DNA from: the human T2T-CHM13v2.0 reference genome, Homo sapiens
NCBI RefSeq assembly: GCF_009914755.1
Contig: NC_060941.1
DNA length: 64,000 bases
Reading direction: 5' to 3' (one strand)
A program made the translations under genes and the position numbers. This document shows positions 14,537-48,678 of this stretch, piece after piece. The notes under the pieces are model-generated. The model saw only the letters and a list, made by a program, of their open reading frames with translations. It was not told where the DNA came from and searched no databases. The first letter of the stretch is position 1; each line of letters starts with the position of its first letter.

Positions 14537-14925
14537 GCATGTACCCCTCAACCATAAAATTACATATTCCAAGCTCATTTGACTCTTAAAGTTTTGATTA
14601 TTTTAAAGTCAGACTCTTACAAAGTATGGAGGCAGGGAGGGTTTATGACAGTCTGGGGGTTTTAGTTTGATGTGATGTTTACCTTGGAAAGATATGGAAA
14701 TGATTTTGAAATTTGGAGATTCTAAAAGGATGTGGATGGGGAAAGGAGTATGTGTTTTGTTGATTCTGTTACCAGGAGGTTCCCATACTGTCCATGGAAC
14801 CCACAGACTCAGGTAGAACCGGAAGGTGAAAGATTTTACGTTCCTGGAAGCTGGAAATTAGTTAGTATATGTGTGTAACTAATATATGGTGATAAATAGC
14901 TTATCAGCTGCTTTTCTTTACACAG

Positions 14926-14993
14926 AACCTGGATGACAGTGTGTTTTCGAAGCGGCATGCAAAACTGGAGCTGGATGAGAAGAGAAGGAAAAG
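14926..14993 (+). CDS. MSL1: MSL1 coding exon 6
   Basis: tttacacag|AAC CTG GAT GAC (NLDDSVFSKRHAKLELDEKRRK); ends AG|gtgagg. Confidence 0.95.
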
Positions 14994-15417
14994 GTGAGGC
15001 CAGAGATGTCCATCCTGGAAACAACTGAGCCCTAGGACCTAGGACAGAGTATCAGGGAACCTGACCTCCCTTTTTCATGCTGTGGAGAATCTTGGAGTGC
15101 TTAACACTCTTACATTACTGGCTTCCCAGTTGGTTGAATATCTTAGTTGGAAATGGTAGTTGTTGCGGTAAACATGTTTGGCCTCTTTTTGTGTATGACC
15201 TTCCTCAATTCTACTTTCTGTGGAACACCAACACATGATCTAAACGGTAGACCTAAACAGCTCTCCCTTAACAAGGCAGTCATTTCTCTTTACCCTGTCT
15301 AGAGGAGTCAGCAAGGGTCTTCCTAGCATCTGGATTGTGTGAGTTGCTTTTATAGAGCAGGTTTTGGGTAAACAGTAATGTTGGGTTTCTTTGTTTTGTT
15401 TGGTTTGTTTTTCCCAG

Positions 15418-15542
15418 ATGGGATATTCAGAGGATCAGGGAACAAAGAATTTTACAGCGACTGCAGCTCAGAATGTATAAAAAGAAAGGAATTCAGGAAT
15501 CTGAGCCTGAGGTTACCTCATTTTTCCCTGAGCCAGATGATG
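15418..15542 (+). CDS. MSL1: MSL1 coding exon 7
   Basis: ttcccag|A TGG GAT ATT (WDIQRIREQR...PEPDD); ends G|gtaagt. Confidence 0.95.
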
Positions 15543-15710
15543 GTAAGTTGTGTCCATCTAAAAGAGTAGGTTTTTGAAAGAAGGAGGAGGGTGCAAGGCT
15601 CCAGGGTACAACTTGCTCTGAATGAATGAAGTGTATTTTGGAGCAGATATAGCTTCTAGACATTTCCCATCTGTATTACTAATACGCTCCCGTTTGACTT
15701 TCTCCCATAG

Positions 15711-15783
15711 TTGAAAGTTTGATGATTACCCCCTTCTTGCCTGTTGTAGCATTTGGACGACCATTACCAAAATTAACTCCACA
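15711..15783 (+). CDS. MSL1: MSL1 coding exon 8
   Basis: tctcccatag|TT GAA AGT (VESLMITPFLPVVAFGRPLPKLTP); ends CA|gtaagt. Confidence 0.95.
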
Positions 15784-16162
15784 GTAAGTATACATTTTTT
15801 TTCTCCCCTTCCAGGTAACCTGCACATCCTTTTCAGACTTCATGGAAGCCTAGATATGAGGTGGAACCAGGTGGCTTAGGGATAGCCATGGGTCTTTGAC
15901 AGAAATGAGGCTACCTGGGCAACTAGCTTTTGTAATAAGATTCCCAAGCCAATAATTAGGAGTATTGCTTTTTGAGTTAGAAATAGATGATTCCATCACT
16001 TTAATGGTACACAGTTGCTCTGGCTTTGAGGCAGGAAAGACACTCCAAACTAGTCAGGGATAGGAGTGGTAAGGGACATAGTGACTTTTTTGTAGTTGCT
16101 ATCATGTCCACACTGAATCCCTTCTAGTCTTGCAAGTTGATTTCCTCATCCTTTTTTGCCAG

Positions 16163-16253
16163 GAATTTTGAGCTACCCTGGTTGGATGAGCGTAGCCGAT
16201 GCAGATTGGAGATCCAGAAGAAGCAAACACCTCACCGGACGTGTAGGAAATAG
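16163..16253 (+). CDS. MSL1: MSL1 last coding exon (to TAG)
   Basis: ttttgccag|G AAT TTT GAG (QNFELPWLDERSRCRLEIQKKQTPHRTCRK*). Confidence 0.95.
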
Positions 16254-17723
16254 CTGTGCTGGCAAGAACCCTGTCTTCAGATAGTTGTAGCATGCCATTC
16301 CCGAGAGTGGCAGAGACCTGTATATGTGACCTTTGTCCTCACATATGTTATCACTCGCTGATAATACCCTTTCATACTTCCTTGACTTTGTTTTCATTAC
16401 TCTGATTTCACAAAAACTCTTTCATTCGGCTAATTGTGAGTTATGGAGGGTGATTGGGATTTCTTTTCCCTTTTTTGGGAAATGGGCTCTCAAGCTAAAG
16501 CTATAGGATGGCAGATTCAGAAGTTTCAGGGGTCTGTTTCTATACATTTGCCTATGTTAAAGGGGTAAAAGGGCTCTCTTCATTAGACATGTGGAAGATG
16601 AAGCAGCCCCTTCCTTTAGAGCTGTGCCTGCATGGCACTCTTCTCACCCTGGTACACCCTCCTTATAGTGGGTATAGTGATTTTTAACCCTAAAATAAAA
16701 CAAACAACCTCACCATGAGCTTTAGGACCAGAAGAGGAATGACAAGTGAAGCGATGAAGCAAGCCATCTTCACAGAGTAGAAAAGACATCGGAGAGTTGG
16801 TAGATAACTGTCTGAAAAGATAGTTGTTCATTTGAAACTATTCTGTGATACAGTCATGTGGGAAGGGATGTTTGGCTGTGATTATTTTTTCAGTTAATGG
16901 ATAACAATTTCTTTACTGCTCAAAAACCAAAATCTTTGGAAAAGAAAGTGGGGATGGTTAGTTTCAGAACAAGTTACAGCTGTAAACAAAAGCACTTAGT
17001 ATTTGGGATGGCATGCCAAAACCTGTATAAATGTCCTTGTATCACATCACTTCTCAAGTATTCCTTCATTGGGCTTCATCCTTTTAGCAGAACTCTTGGT
17101 GGTGGGATAGAGACTTAGGGAGGGTAGGGGGAGAGTGTGGAAATAGGTGCTTCCTTTGGCTGGCAAATGTCTACATCTTGAAACAAACAGATGTACCTAA
17201 TGAGCTTCTCCATTCACTTTGTAAAAATAATTTGTATGTGTACCATCTTGGTCCTCTCCCCTCCCGTTTTGTTAAAATATCAGGATAGCACTCCCAGGCC
17301 ACTTTGGTCTCAGTGTAAGATCCCTATTAACTATCTGAAAGGAAAATAGAGCCAAGACCTCTGGTCTCAAATATATAGGAATTGCCTTTCTTTAGTCTTC
17401 AGGACTATTGTGTGAAAACAAGTAGGGGTCTAATCTCCTAGAAGGTAGGGGCTTTTATCCTTAAAGAGAATATGTCCCCAGATTATTAGCACTTTTAGAG
17501 GAGAAGCCAAGGTATGTAGGGTGTGTGGCTGGCCCATCAGTGGAGCACGAAGAGAGAATGGGATACCATTGTGGGAAGAGAAGAAAAGTTCCTCAGGGGC
17601 CTCCCACTGCTAAAGTTTTTTGTGAGATGTTGATCTGTGCTTCCTGGATTTGACTTTTAAAGGAATTATTCTGGCAGCACATGTAGTATTCTTGGATGAT
17701 CTTGCTGCTCTTATTTCTCCTTT

Positions 17724-17747
17724 TGTGTGTGTGTGTGTGTGTGTGTG
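17724..17747. repeat. (TG)12 in MSL1 3'UTR
   Basis: Read directly. Confidence 0.95.
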
Positions 17748-18651
17748 GCTATGGGTTTTCATTTGTAACTCCATCTGCTTAGGAGAGTGGGCTCTCTATA
17801 AGGGAACCTGCTGTAAACTTCATTGCAGCAAGGATGTAGAGAGAAATAGGACTTAATTCCACTAGGGGCTCTCATCTCACACCTTAAGGAGGAGATTTCT
17901 AGAAAAACTGGGCCAGATTTTCTTTGTTCTCCATCATTTTAATGTGGCAGGCTGTTCAGTTTTCTTACTCTTACCTATGTGATATTTCTTCGTAACGTGT
18001 CCAAAAAGAAAAAAGACCCAATCAGTGTCTCTTGACTTTGTTCTTTGATCCCTCAGTTTCTTCTTGATTTCAGCATGTGTCGGGTTCCTAATTTTGGGTA
18101 TGAGTTAGCAAATTTAACCATTGTGTTTGTGCCCTACCCAGGGGACTCCCCAGTTTCTGACTTGAAGTAGACTGAGAAGAATCCACGAGGTGCTATCTGG
18201 CCAGATTTAAGTAGATTCTATTTCCTTGGTTCTCCCTCTCCCTGAGGACCTCTTATTTTATTGTCCCCTCTTCTAGGTTAATTCTCCTTTGATTTGACTT
18301 TGTTGAGAAGGAGGTTGGACAGTAGATTAGCAAAGTTCCAAGTGCAAAATTACAGTGTGTTAGAGTGTGGGGGGAAAATTAGTCTTATTTTTCCCTACAT
18401 GGGATACAACACTGTGAATTCAATCTTCAACTGAAGGCCCTGCAGTTCTCCTAAAACATAGTTGTTTGTTTTTCTTTAACAAAGTTTAAGCTAGTGTTAA
18501 TAAATTAAAAAAAATTGCTTGTCTGTCTACTTCAGCTTTGTTTTATGCCCATTTCATATTGTTGTCTGTGTTGTAATTCATAACTTTTGATACCATTTCT
18601 GATGTGTAAAATTGGTTGTCTTGTAAATATCTTATAAAGAGTTCAATTGTA

Positions 18652-18657
18652 AATAAA
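18652..18657 (+). terminator. MSL1 polyadenylation signal (one of three AATAAA: 18499, 18652, 18768)
   Basis: AATAAA followed by GU/U-rich sequence (ttgtggctgttaatttt). Confidence 0.7.
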
Positions 18658-18893
18658 CTATTGTGGCTGTTAATTTTTGAACTTCTGCTTCAATTTATTA
18701 TATTTATTGGCAAACAAACAATTCTGCTTGTATATTTGAAACATTGGAAAAAGAAATCCATTTTCTCAATAAAAAAGAATAACACATTATTTTCCCCTTT
18801 ATAATAAGGTACTCACTTCCATTTGTGTATAAGTATAATGTATGTTTCATCCCTCTTTGTCCAGTGTACTTCCTTAAGTATAATCAGCAACTT

Positions 18894-21660
<2,767 letters not shown>

Positions 21661-22196
21661 CCGGTAATACTGGCATCATACCAGCCTGCACTTTGGGACA
21701 GGTGATGGCTGGGGTGGGAAGAAACGTGAAGAGGAAATGAGAACACAGAGAAAACGCTGCAACAAGAAGTCCTCTGGCTTCACTGCAGACAACTGGTTTC
21801 TCCTTCGCCCGTTATCTTAAACAAGGCTGGTGCAGCAAATCTGACGCAGCACTACAGCTTTTAAGATTTACCTTGATTCGTGATTTTACCAAGCAAAGGA
21901 ATGCAGTAAATTGACCTGCTTCAAACGTAGGTAGAAGTGAGAAATGGAAACAGAAAACCATGAAACAGCCCTAGTGTTGCAGTGAAGCTGTGACAGGTTG
22001 ACTCCTTCCACTCGGGAAGCCCAAGATGGCCGGGCCAGGAACCCGGGAGGCTGCTGAAGTCTCAATTCCCCTCGCCCTAGGCCTGCCCAAGGGAAGTCAG
22101 GAGCCGCGCCACGCCCCCTTACATCACCGATAGACGTAATCCGGGTCGGCCGCAAACGTGCCGCAGGCCTAGGCCCCGCCCAGTGCCCCGCCCCTC

Positions 22197-22200
22197 CCCC

Positions 22201-22237
<37 letters not shown>

Positions 22238-22258
22238 CAACACACACACACACACCCC

Positions 22259-22314
<56 letters not shown>
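22197..22314. repeat. Compound microsatellite [CCCCAA(CA)n]x3, n=16,7,27
   Basis: Read directly from sequence. Confidence 0.97.
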
Positions 22315-22315
<1 letters not shown>

Positions 22316-22432
22316 CGGGATGGCCGAGCGCCGCACGCGTAGCACGCCGGGACTAGCTATCCAGCCTCCCAGCAGCCTCTGCGACGGGCGCGGTGCGTAA
22401 GTACCTCGCCGGTGGTGGCCGTTCTCCGTAAG

Positions 22433-22663
22433 ATGGCGGACCGGCGGCGGCAGCGCGCTTCGCAAGACACCGAGGACGAGGAATCTGGTGCTTCGGGCTC
22501 CGACAGCGGCGGCTCCCCGTTGCGGGGAGGCGGGAGCTGCAGCGGTAGCGCCGGAGGCGGCGGCAGCGGCTCTCTGCCTTCACAGCGCGGAGGCCGAACC
22601 GGGGCCCTTCATCTGCGGCGGGTGGAGAGCGGGGGCGCCAAGAGTGCTGAGGAGTCGGAGTGT
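22433..22663 (+). CDS. CASC3: CASC3 coding exon 1
   Basis: aagATGGcg strong Kozak; ends GAG TGT|gtgagt. Confidence 0.96.
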
Positions 22664-23090
22664 GTGAGTGCGCGCAGGCGGGGCGGGGTGGGGACCGGGC
22701 GGCGAGCCGGCCGGGGGCGGGGTGTAGGTGATGCTAGGTAGTCTGTGAGTTGATAGTAGATACTGGGACTTTTTTTTGTTTTTGAGAGAAAAGGGGAGTT
22801 ATCCCAATGCGAGTTTGCATCCGGAGTTCCAAGGGAAGAAGAAGGATTGGGGGTTTCTGGGAGGATGGTAGAGCCGCTGGAGATGGAAAGCGGATGTTTT
22901 ATTCAGAAGTCGGGGCTGGAGGGAAGGAGACCAGACCTGCCTTGGCTACTACTTGATAAAGATTTACCTATCTCTGTCTCCCTCTCCAACCATTTTGTGC
23001 TGAATCTTCAGCTTTTCACCCACATTTCTTTATTGGGCTCCCCACCTCTGGAAATCACAGAACTAACCCATGTCTTCTGCTTTCTTTCAG

Positions 23091-23118
23091 GAGAGTGAAG
23101 ATGGCATTGAAGGTGATG
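23091..23118 (+). CDS. CASC3: CASC3 coding exon 2 (28 nt)
   Basis: tttctttcag|GAG AGT GAA GAT GGC ATT GAA GGT GAT G|gtgagt. Confidence 0.94.
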
Positions 23119-23239
23119 GTGAGTAGCATCTTTTACCCCATTAGGACAAGAGTTTTTTTTAACATAAACTCAGGTCATCTATTTCCAACATCGACATTCT
23201 CACACACTGTCACGGATTTAGGGCCACAGAGTGCCTTTT

Positions 23240-23400
23240 TGTAACATAGTGGTTAAGAGCATAGGCTTTAGCAGTATAGTCTTCAGCAAGTTACCCTCTG
23301 AGCCTGTTTCTCCTTTTGTAAGTGGGGACTATAATTTTATCCACGTTGTAGGTTGATGTCAGAATTAAATGAGACTCTTAGTCTGACCTGTAATAAGCAG
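23240..23400 (+). mobile_element. MIR fragment in CASC3 intron 2
   Basis: atagtggttaagagcataggcttt...caagttaccctctgagcctgtttctcc..tgtaa..ggggactataat. Confidence 0.7.
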
Positions 23401-23453
23401 CCAAAAAATGTTTCTGGGTTTCTTTTTTTCCACATATTTCTGTTTTATTTCAG

Positions 23454-23491
23454 CTGTTCTCTCGGATTATGAAAGTGCAGAAGACTCGGAA
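23454..23491 (+). CDS. CASC3: CASC3 coding exon 3 (38 nt)
   Basis: ttatttcag|CT GTT CTC TCG GAT TAT...GAA|gtgagt (AVLSDYESAEDSE). Confidence 0.94.
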
Positions 23492-24339
23492 GTGAGTATG
23501 ACAGGTTTTTTCCTATGGTATAGATCAGAAATGCTTTTTAAAAACGTGTACACACCTTCGTTGCAAACGTACCATGACCTCCGTGTTTATCCTCTTGTGT
23601 ATTCTTCATTTATGCGTCTGAAAAAGTGTTACAGAAGGTCTTGTTCACTTTAGACCTAGGGAAAACTTGGGGCACGCCGTCTCAAGCCACAGGTGTTATA
23701 CTGTTAGTTGGCTTCTCTTCCTGTCTGAAGAATATGAGGTTCTAAATAAGAGAGTGAGGATATCTTGAAGTCCTCTGAAAGATGTTTGACAGTTTGTTTT
23801 ATGCAGTGTAGGTTGAGAAGCCAGCCAATTGGTTATTTTTTTCCAAATCTATCTGAAGACTTTGAAAGGGTAGGATTCGGAATGTTTTGTGCCAAGAGCA
23901 TCCATCATTTTATAGGTGGGGATTTTTCTGTTTTTAGGAGAAAGTTTCCTGTCTTTTGGATAAACTACTAGAGATGCCATCAGAGTAAGTGTTTGTTTCC
24001 TGGGTTGTTGAGTGGACTCCTGAGTTCTGGTAATGGGATTATATATAGGGGGAATTGGATGGTGGATCAAAGATTTTGTCTATACATTTTTAGAACTGTT
24101 ACTACATTTTAGAATCTGTTAAGCCCTTGAGGATGGAATAGTGAACACTATAACAAAATTCCTATCTTTAGAGATCTTACAACTCAATAAGGAAGTCAGA
24201 CAAACATTCAAGCAATTGTACCACTTGCTGATAGGGGATAGCACTGGGATAGGGCTAAGTAGGGTGTTACAGCTGGGTACTGAATCCATCTTAGGCAGTC
24301 GGGAAAGATTAAACAGTTGGCTGGGTAAGATGTGTTCTA

Positions 24340-27812
<3,473 letters not shown>

Positions 27813-28177
27813 TCTGATTTAAATTTTAAAGATGTGTTTTTCAGATCCAGAGAACACTTGCATCAGAAAATCCAATTAGCCATTCTCTACTGAAACAGAC
27901 TCTTGGGAGGGGCATTGGAGACTCAGACATTTATGTATTAAAGAATATCCCAGGTTGATGCTATGTACTGTAAAATTTGAGGATTCTTTTATAGCAGTTA
28001 TTTTGTCCACAGTGAAGAGAAACAAGATCAGAGACAGAAAAGCTAGTTAAGAAAGCTATTGTAGGAATCTAGTTAAGTAGTGAGTGTGGCATGGAATAGA
28101 GTGGTGATAGTGAAAATAGAAGTGGACAGAATTCAGAGTTAGAAGTGGTTTTGGGATGGGGAATATTTGCTGCAGTA

Positions 28178-28861
<684 letters not shown>

Positions 28862-29240
28862 TAGTCACTAGAGAATGGAAACGTTGGAGAAACTGACAGG
28901 CAATATGGAGTGTTCATTGAGTTTTGGGGATTGTGAATTTATAGCAGCTTACCATTCTATATGTAAGGGAGTTTGGATGTTTTCCTAATGGCTAGGAAAG
29001 AAGTACCACTGAAGGCTTAAATGTGGGGGATGAATTGTGGGTGAGGCACAAAGGAAGACTAGAGGCAGAAGAGCTGTTTAGAGGTTGTTAGGATAGTCCA
29101 AGGAGCATGACGATGGTGCCCCTAAAGAAGGTTCATACTTGTTGGAATGGCAAGATGTGGGACAGATTAGAGAGAGATTCTAGTGTACTAACAACCCCTT
29201 CATTGATTGAATGTGGAACCTAAATTAAGGAGTCAAAGGA

Positions 29241-33597
<4,357 letters not shown>

Positions 33598-33599
33598 GA

Positions 33600-37343
<3,744 letters not shown>

Positions 37344-38270
37344 TAATAAAGCATAGCAGTTCTAGGTAAGACTGGTTTGGAGTGCAGCCATGGAAATGGA
37401 TGGCTGAAGTGCAGGTGAAGACTGACCTCAGTGCTAAAGTCTTCCTGTCAACGACAGGCCCGTGGCCTCGGAGGAGCCGGGGTTTATTAAAATGAGGCTA
37501 GAGGAGTTAGATCTGAAAGAGACATTGAGAATAAGGATACCAACTCCATCTCTTAGTCTGAAATATGTGGGAAGTAGAAGAATGAGCTAAAACTTCTGTA
37601 TTAGAATTTTTCAAAGGAACAGTTCCTTCAGGGTGGAGCTAGTAAGAATTGGAAAGAGTACACTGAAATGGTGGGTGATGTAGGGGAGTTTGTCTCTTCT
37701 GGAAAAAGGTTTTGATGACATCCCTTTGCCAAAGCAGTGTGACCGTGTGGTAGCACCTTGGCTTCAGTTAGACTAAGCTTTGACTAATTTGGAGCCTCCT
37801 CAGTACTATGCTATTTGTATCTGTTCTGCCCTGGAAACAAAATTAGTTTTTCACTTAAAATAAAGTTGCCTTATTTGACATCCTACCACAGATCAGAGGG
37901 TGGAGCATAAAACAAGCTTTCCTTATTAATCATGTGATAATACTATTTAAAGGTATTTGAATTAAATCAGTACGTGTGTGTAGGGAGATGGAGAATTAAA
38001 GTCACATACACCAAGTTATTGTAATTTCTGCTTGAAAATCTTCAGGGAACATAGGATCAAGGAAAGAACTGAATGATTGCCACCTACCCATCCTAGTCTT
38101 GAGGAGGAAAAACTTCATGTAATTAAGGGAAATGGGAAGAATCAATGGTGCTCAGTTGTTAAAAAGCTATAGGTAAAGGCTTGATTCTGATAGTGTGGGT
38201 ATAGTCAAACAGTCTCCCTCTATTCTGTTACCTTTCTGAGAGTCCTAACCCAAAACACTCAAGGCCAAAA

Positions 38271-40001
<1,731 letters not shown>

Positions 40002-40835
40002 ATACCCAGATGCTGAGCAGGGAAAAATGAGGAAGAGGGATTAATTGGCTTGTCTGGGCCAATCAGGCTGACTCAGCTCTATTTGAAGAGATGGCAGAAA
40101 CTTAGAGTTTGAGAGTTTCTCAATCAGGAATTCAGGAATCTCATGTTGAGCCTCTTTGACCAGATTATTGGGGCCAGCCTGGGTCTTGAGTGACAGGGCA
40201 GTCTGGTTCAGTTCAAGTATCAGACCCAGTAGGTGAGTGAGAGACCAGTGTACATACATCTACCAGGTTTCAGATGTAACCCACCAATGAAGACTAGACC
40301 ACCTTTCCTTGAACCCATTTCTCTGTGTTCTCGTAGGCCTCCCTAGCCATAGCTCTGCCTCCTTAGGTCCAAATCTGGGGAGGACAAGGAGAGGAGAGTA
40401 ACCCTATTCTAAAGCCAGTTCCCTTATCATGAGCCTTAGCTGCTGCCTTTTCCTACCTAGAACTAGCCACACGTCCATTTCCTGGCCCTTTCTAATGGCC
40501 TAATGATCCTTTGTGTGTAGACCCAGCACTTTCTGTGTCATGAACAGTGTTACCCAATCTTGATGTGGTAAAAGAGGGAAGAAGATAGTAAAAAGAGAGA
40601 GAGAGCACTTGGACTAATTTTTTTCATTTCTGAAATGTGATGGTTGTACAAGTTGTCCTTTAAGGTTTTTTAGGTCAAATTTTTGTAATTATGTGATTCT
40701 GGATATGTTCTGGCTGCAGGAATTTTCTGCTGCAGAAAACCAGTACTCATAGGCATTAAAAAAAGCTACCATTTTCCAGCTTGAGGATAAGTGCATTGGG
40801 AAATCATGGAGTCATTATCAAGAGTTTGCACATCT

Positions 40836-43579
<2,744 letters not shown>

Positions 43580-43634
43580 TTAAAATGCACCGTTCAGATC
43601 TTATATGCATCGCTGACAGGGAAACTTTTTTCAG

Positions 43635-43793
43635 GGTGAAGAAGGTGAATACAGTGAAGAGGAAAACTCCAAAGTGGAGCTGAAATCAGAAGCTAATGAT
43701 GCTGTTAATTCTTCAACAAAAGAAGAGAAGGGAGAAGAAAAGCCTGACACCAAAAGCACTGTGACTGGAGAGAGGCAAAGTGGGGACGGACAG
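43635..43793 (+). CDS. CASC3: CASC3 coding exon 4
   Basis: ttttttcag|GGT GAA GAA...GGA CAG|gttagt. Confidence 0.95.
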
Positions 43794-43814
43794 GTTAGTA
43801 CATTCCACAGTCCT

Positions 43815-43883
43815 CCATTTTAGAGGCTGGAATAGAGATTCTTGAGGCTTGGAAGAGTAAGGATCCCTTTATCTGTCCTCTAG
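43815..43883 (+). ncRNA. MIR6866: MIR6866 precursor (5'-tailed mirtron in the 90-nt CASC3 intron 4)
   Basis: Hairpin arms TTAGAGGCTGGAATAGAGATTCT and GATCCCTTTATCTGTCCTCTAG, with the 3' arm ending exactly at the acceptor AG; recognised from memory as miR-6866-5p/-3p. Confidence 0.88.
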
Positions 43884-44035
43884 GAGAGCACAGAGCCTGT
43901 GGAGAACAAAGTGGGTAAAAAGGGCCCTAAGCATTTGGATGATGATGAAGATCGGAAGAATCCAGCATACATACCTCGGAAAGGGCTCTTCTTTGAGCAT
44001 GATCTTCGAGGGCAAACTCAGGAGGAGGAAGTCAG
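43884..44035 (+). CDS. CASC3: CASC3 coding exon 5 (SELOR domain part)
   Basis: cctctag|GAG AGC ACA...; NPAYIPRKGLFFEHD; ends GTC AG|gtaaaa. Confidence 0.95.
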
Positions 44036-44606
44036 GTAAAAGCCACTTGCTGCTGCTGCTGTCTAACATGTATTTTACACATGTAGGCCAGGTACTTCGA
44101 TTTGCCTGTATTTCATTTATTACAGCATTTTAAGATAAGTATTATGATTATCCTTATCGTACAAATGAGGAAAGTAGGCTTAGAATATTTGGTAACTCTT
44201 GGTGAGGCAGCTAAGATACAGACCTAGGACAGTTTGTTTCCAGAACTCATCTTCTCTTAATTATTATACTTTTGCTTTTCTTAGTCTGAGGTGTAAGGCG
44301 TCTGAGAAGTGAAATACTTGCATAGGTTGCCTTTTAGGAGAAAGGAGATGTTTCAAAGGTACTGAATGGCATGAAATGAAGTCTTTTTCTCATTTCTGTG
44401 TCTGTTATATTTGAGCCCAGCAGGCCCTGAGGTTCTGTGATTCACGCTTGCTTTGGGGAGGCCTGTTTTTTATAATCTCTTTGGGATGATGAGGAGACTA
44501 CGTAAAGTTCCTATTGTCCCCCTGCCTCCCTGACCCATTTTGTTCAAGAACATCTCTACTTGGAGAATTCTGCTGACCCAAGACACTTTTCCTTCATTTT
44601 ATCCAG

Positions 44607-45315
<709 letters not shown>

Positions 45316-45362
45316 CTCCTTTTGTTAATTTCCTAACAGTTTCTTCATTCCATTTTTTGTAG

Positions 45363-46048
45363 ATATGGGAGTCCTCCACAAAGAGATCCAAACTGGAACG
45401 GTGAGCGGCTAAACAAGTCTCATCGCCACCAGGGTCTTGGGGGCACCCTACCACCAAGGACATTTATTAACAGGAATGCTGCAGGTACCGGCCGTATGTC
45501 TGCACCCAGGAATTATTCTCGATCTGGGGGCTTCAAGGAAGGTCGTGCTGGTTTTAGGCCTGTGGAAGCTGGTGGGCAGCATGGTGGCCGGTCTGGTGAG
45601 ACTGTTAAGCATGAGATTAGTTACCGGTCACGGCGCCTAGAGCAGACTTCTGTGAGGGATCCATCTCCAGAAGCAGATGCTCCAGTGCTTGGCAGTCCTG
45701 AGAAGGAAGAGGCAGCCTCAGAGCCACCAGCTGCTGCTCCTGATGCTGCACCACCACCCCCTGATAGGCCCATTGAGAAGAAATCCTATTCCCGGGCAAG
45801 AAGAACTCGAACCAAAGTTGGAGATGCAGTCAAGCTTGCAGAGGAGGTGCCCCCTCCTCCTGAAGGACTGATTCCAGCACCTCCAGTCCCAGAAACCACC
45901 CCAACTCCACCTACTAAGACTGGGACCTGGGAAGCTCCGGTGGATTCTAGTACAAGTGGACTTGAGCAAGATGTGGCACAACTAAATATAGCAGAACAGA
46001 ATTGGAGTCCGGGGCAGCCTTCTTTCCTGCAACCACGGGAACTTCGAG
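45363..46048 (+). CDS. CASC3: CASC3 coding exon 7
   Basis: tttgtag|A TAT GGG AGT; matches ORF 45496-46074; ends CGA G|gtaggt. Confidence 0.95.
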
Positions 46049-46140
46049 GTAGGTATCATAGGATTGGTGGCTAGCTTTTTCCCCTTTGCATCATCAGGTT
46101 TAGGGGCATGGGACTTCTGTCTCAGGAAGGTGGTGTCTGA

Positions 46141-47948
<1,808 letters not shown>

Positions 47949-48678
47949 GAATTGAACTTTTAATTAATTGAAACTTAAGTGTCCACATTTGGTTAGTGGA
48001 TATCATATTGGGCAGCATAGTTTTAGAGAGTAAGACCTACCTATTACCCATTTTGCCTATTGTGGTTTGTTTTTCTCCAGCCAGATAGATCAAAGGATCT
48101 TCCCTTAGTCTGAAATCTAACTTAAATATTGGAACTCCTCAATTGGAGTTGCAGCACCCTTCTTACTATTGGAGGACAATCTCTAGAACATTCCTTTTTG
48201 TCTTGAGTCATTTTAGCCAGAGGAGAATCTCCTTTCAAACTTCCAACCCAGACCCCTGTGAATGGATATAATCAAGTAGATTTACAAAGCATCCCTCCCT
48301 TGTCCAGCTGTTGCTCAGAAACTCTTGGGCTGAGATTTTTCAATATGTTGGATAATGTAATGTGCTAATTATAATCTCTCAGGGATTCTATGCAGGGAAC
48401 AATTTGATAGGAAAAAATTTGAATTTGATTTTCTTCACTGAAGTCATTTTATTTTTCATTTTCAAGGGCTTTATTGCTATATTAAGATGGCAGACAGTGG
48501 GGACAAATTTCTAAATGCTGGTGTTGACAGAAAGCAGAGATAGTTTATAGAGAATTTTATTAGTTAAAAGAAAAAAGGCATTCCTTATGTTGACACTTAA
48601 ACCTGTCTCTTGATAGTATCTTTGAGTCCCACTCACGTATGTCTGATCTGCAGAAGTGACTTTTTTGGTGTATTACAG

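Larger units (their letters stand above)
16254..18790 (+). other. MSL1: MSL1 3'UTR (~2.5 kb)
   Basis: No recognisable interspersed repeats from the stop codon to AATAAA hexamers at 18499, 18652 and 18768; Alus resume at ~18894. Confidence 0.8.
22020..22730. promoter_or_regulatory. CpG island / promoter of CASC3
   Basis: CpG-rich; GC boxes ~22174-22195; YY1-type motifs CAAGATGGCCG (22022) and AAGATGGCGG overlapping the start ATG (22430). Confidence 0.88.

Noticed and set aside
14897-14907. TAGCTTATCAG, identical to the 5' end of miR-21
   Set aside because: Only 11 nt, no precursor hairpin, sits in an acceptor region; consistent with chance
16567-16590. AAAAGGGCTCTCTTCA, resembling a histone 3' stem-loop
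   Set aside because: The complementary 3' arm (AGAGCC) is missing and the mRNA has normal AATAAA signals
21886-22465. Poly(VC) ORFs on the minus strand
   Set aside because: Translation of the (CA)n microsatellite
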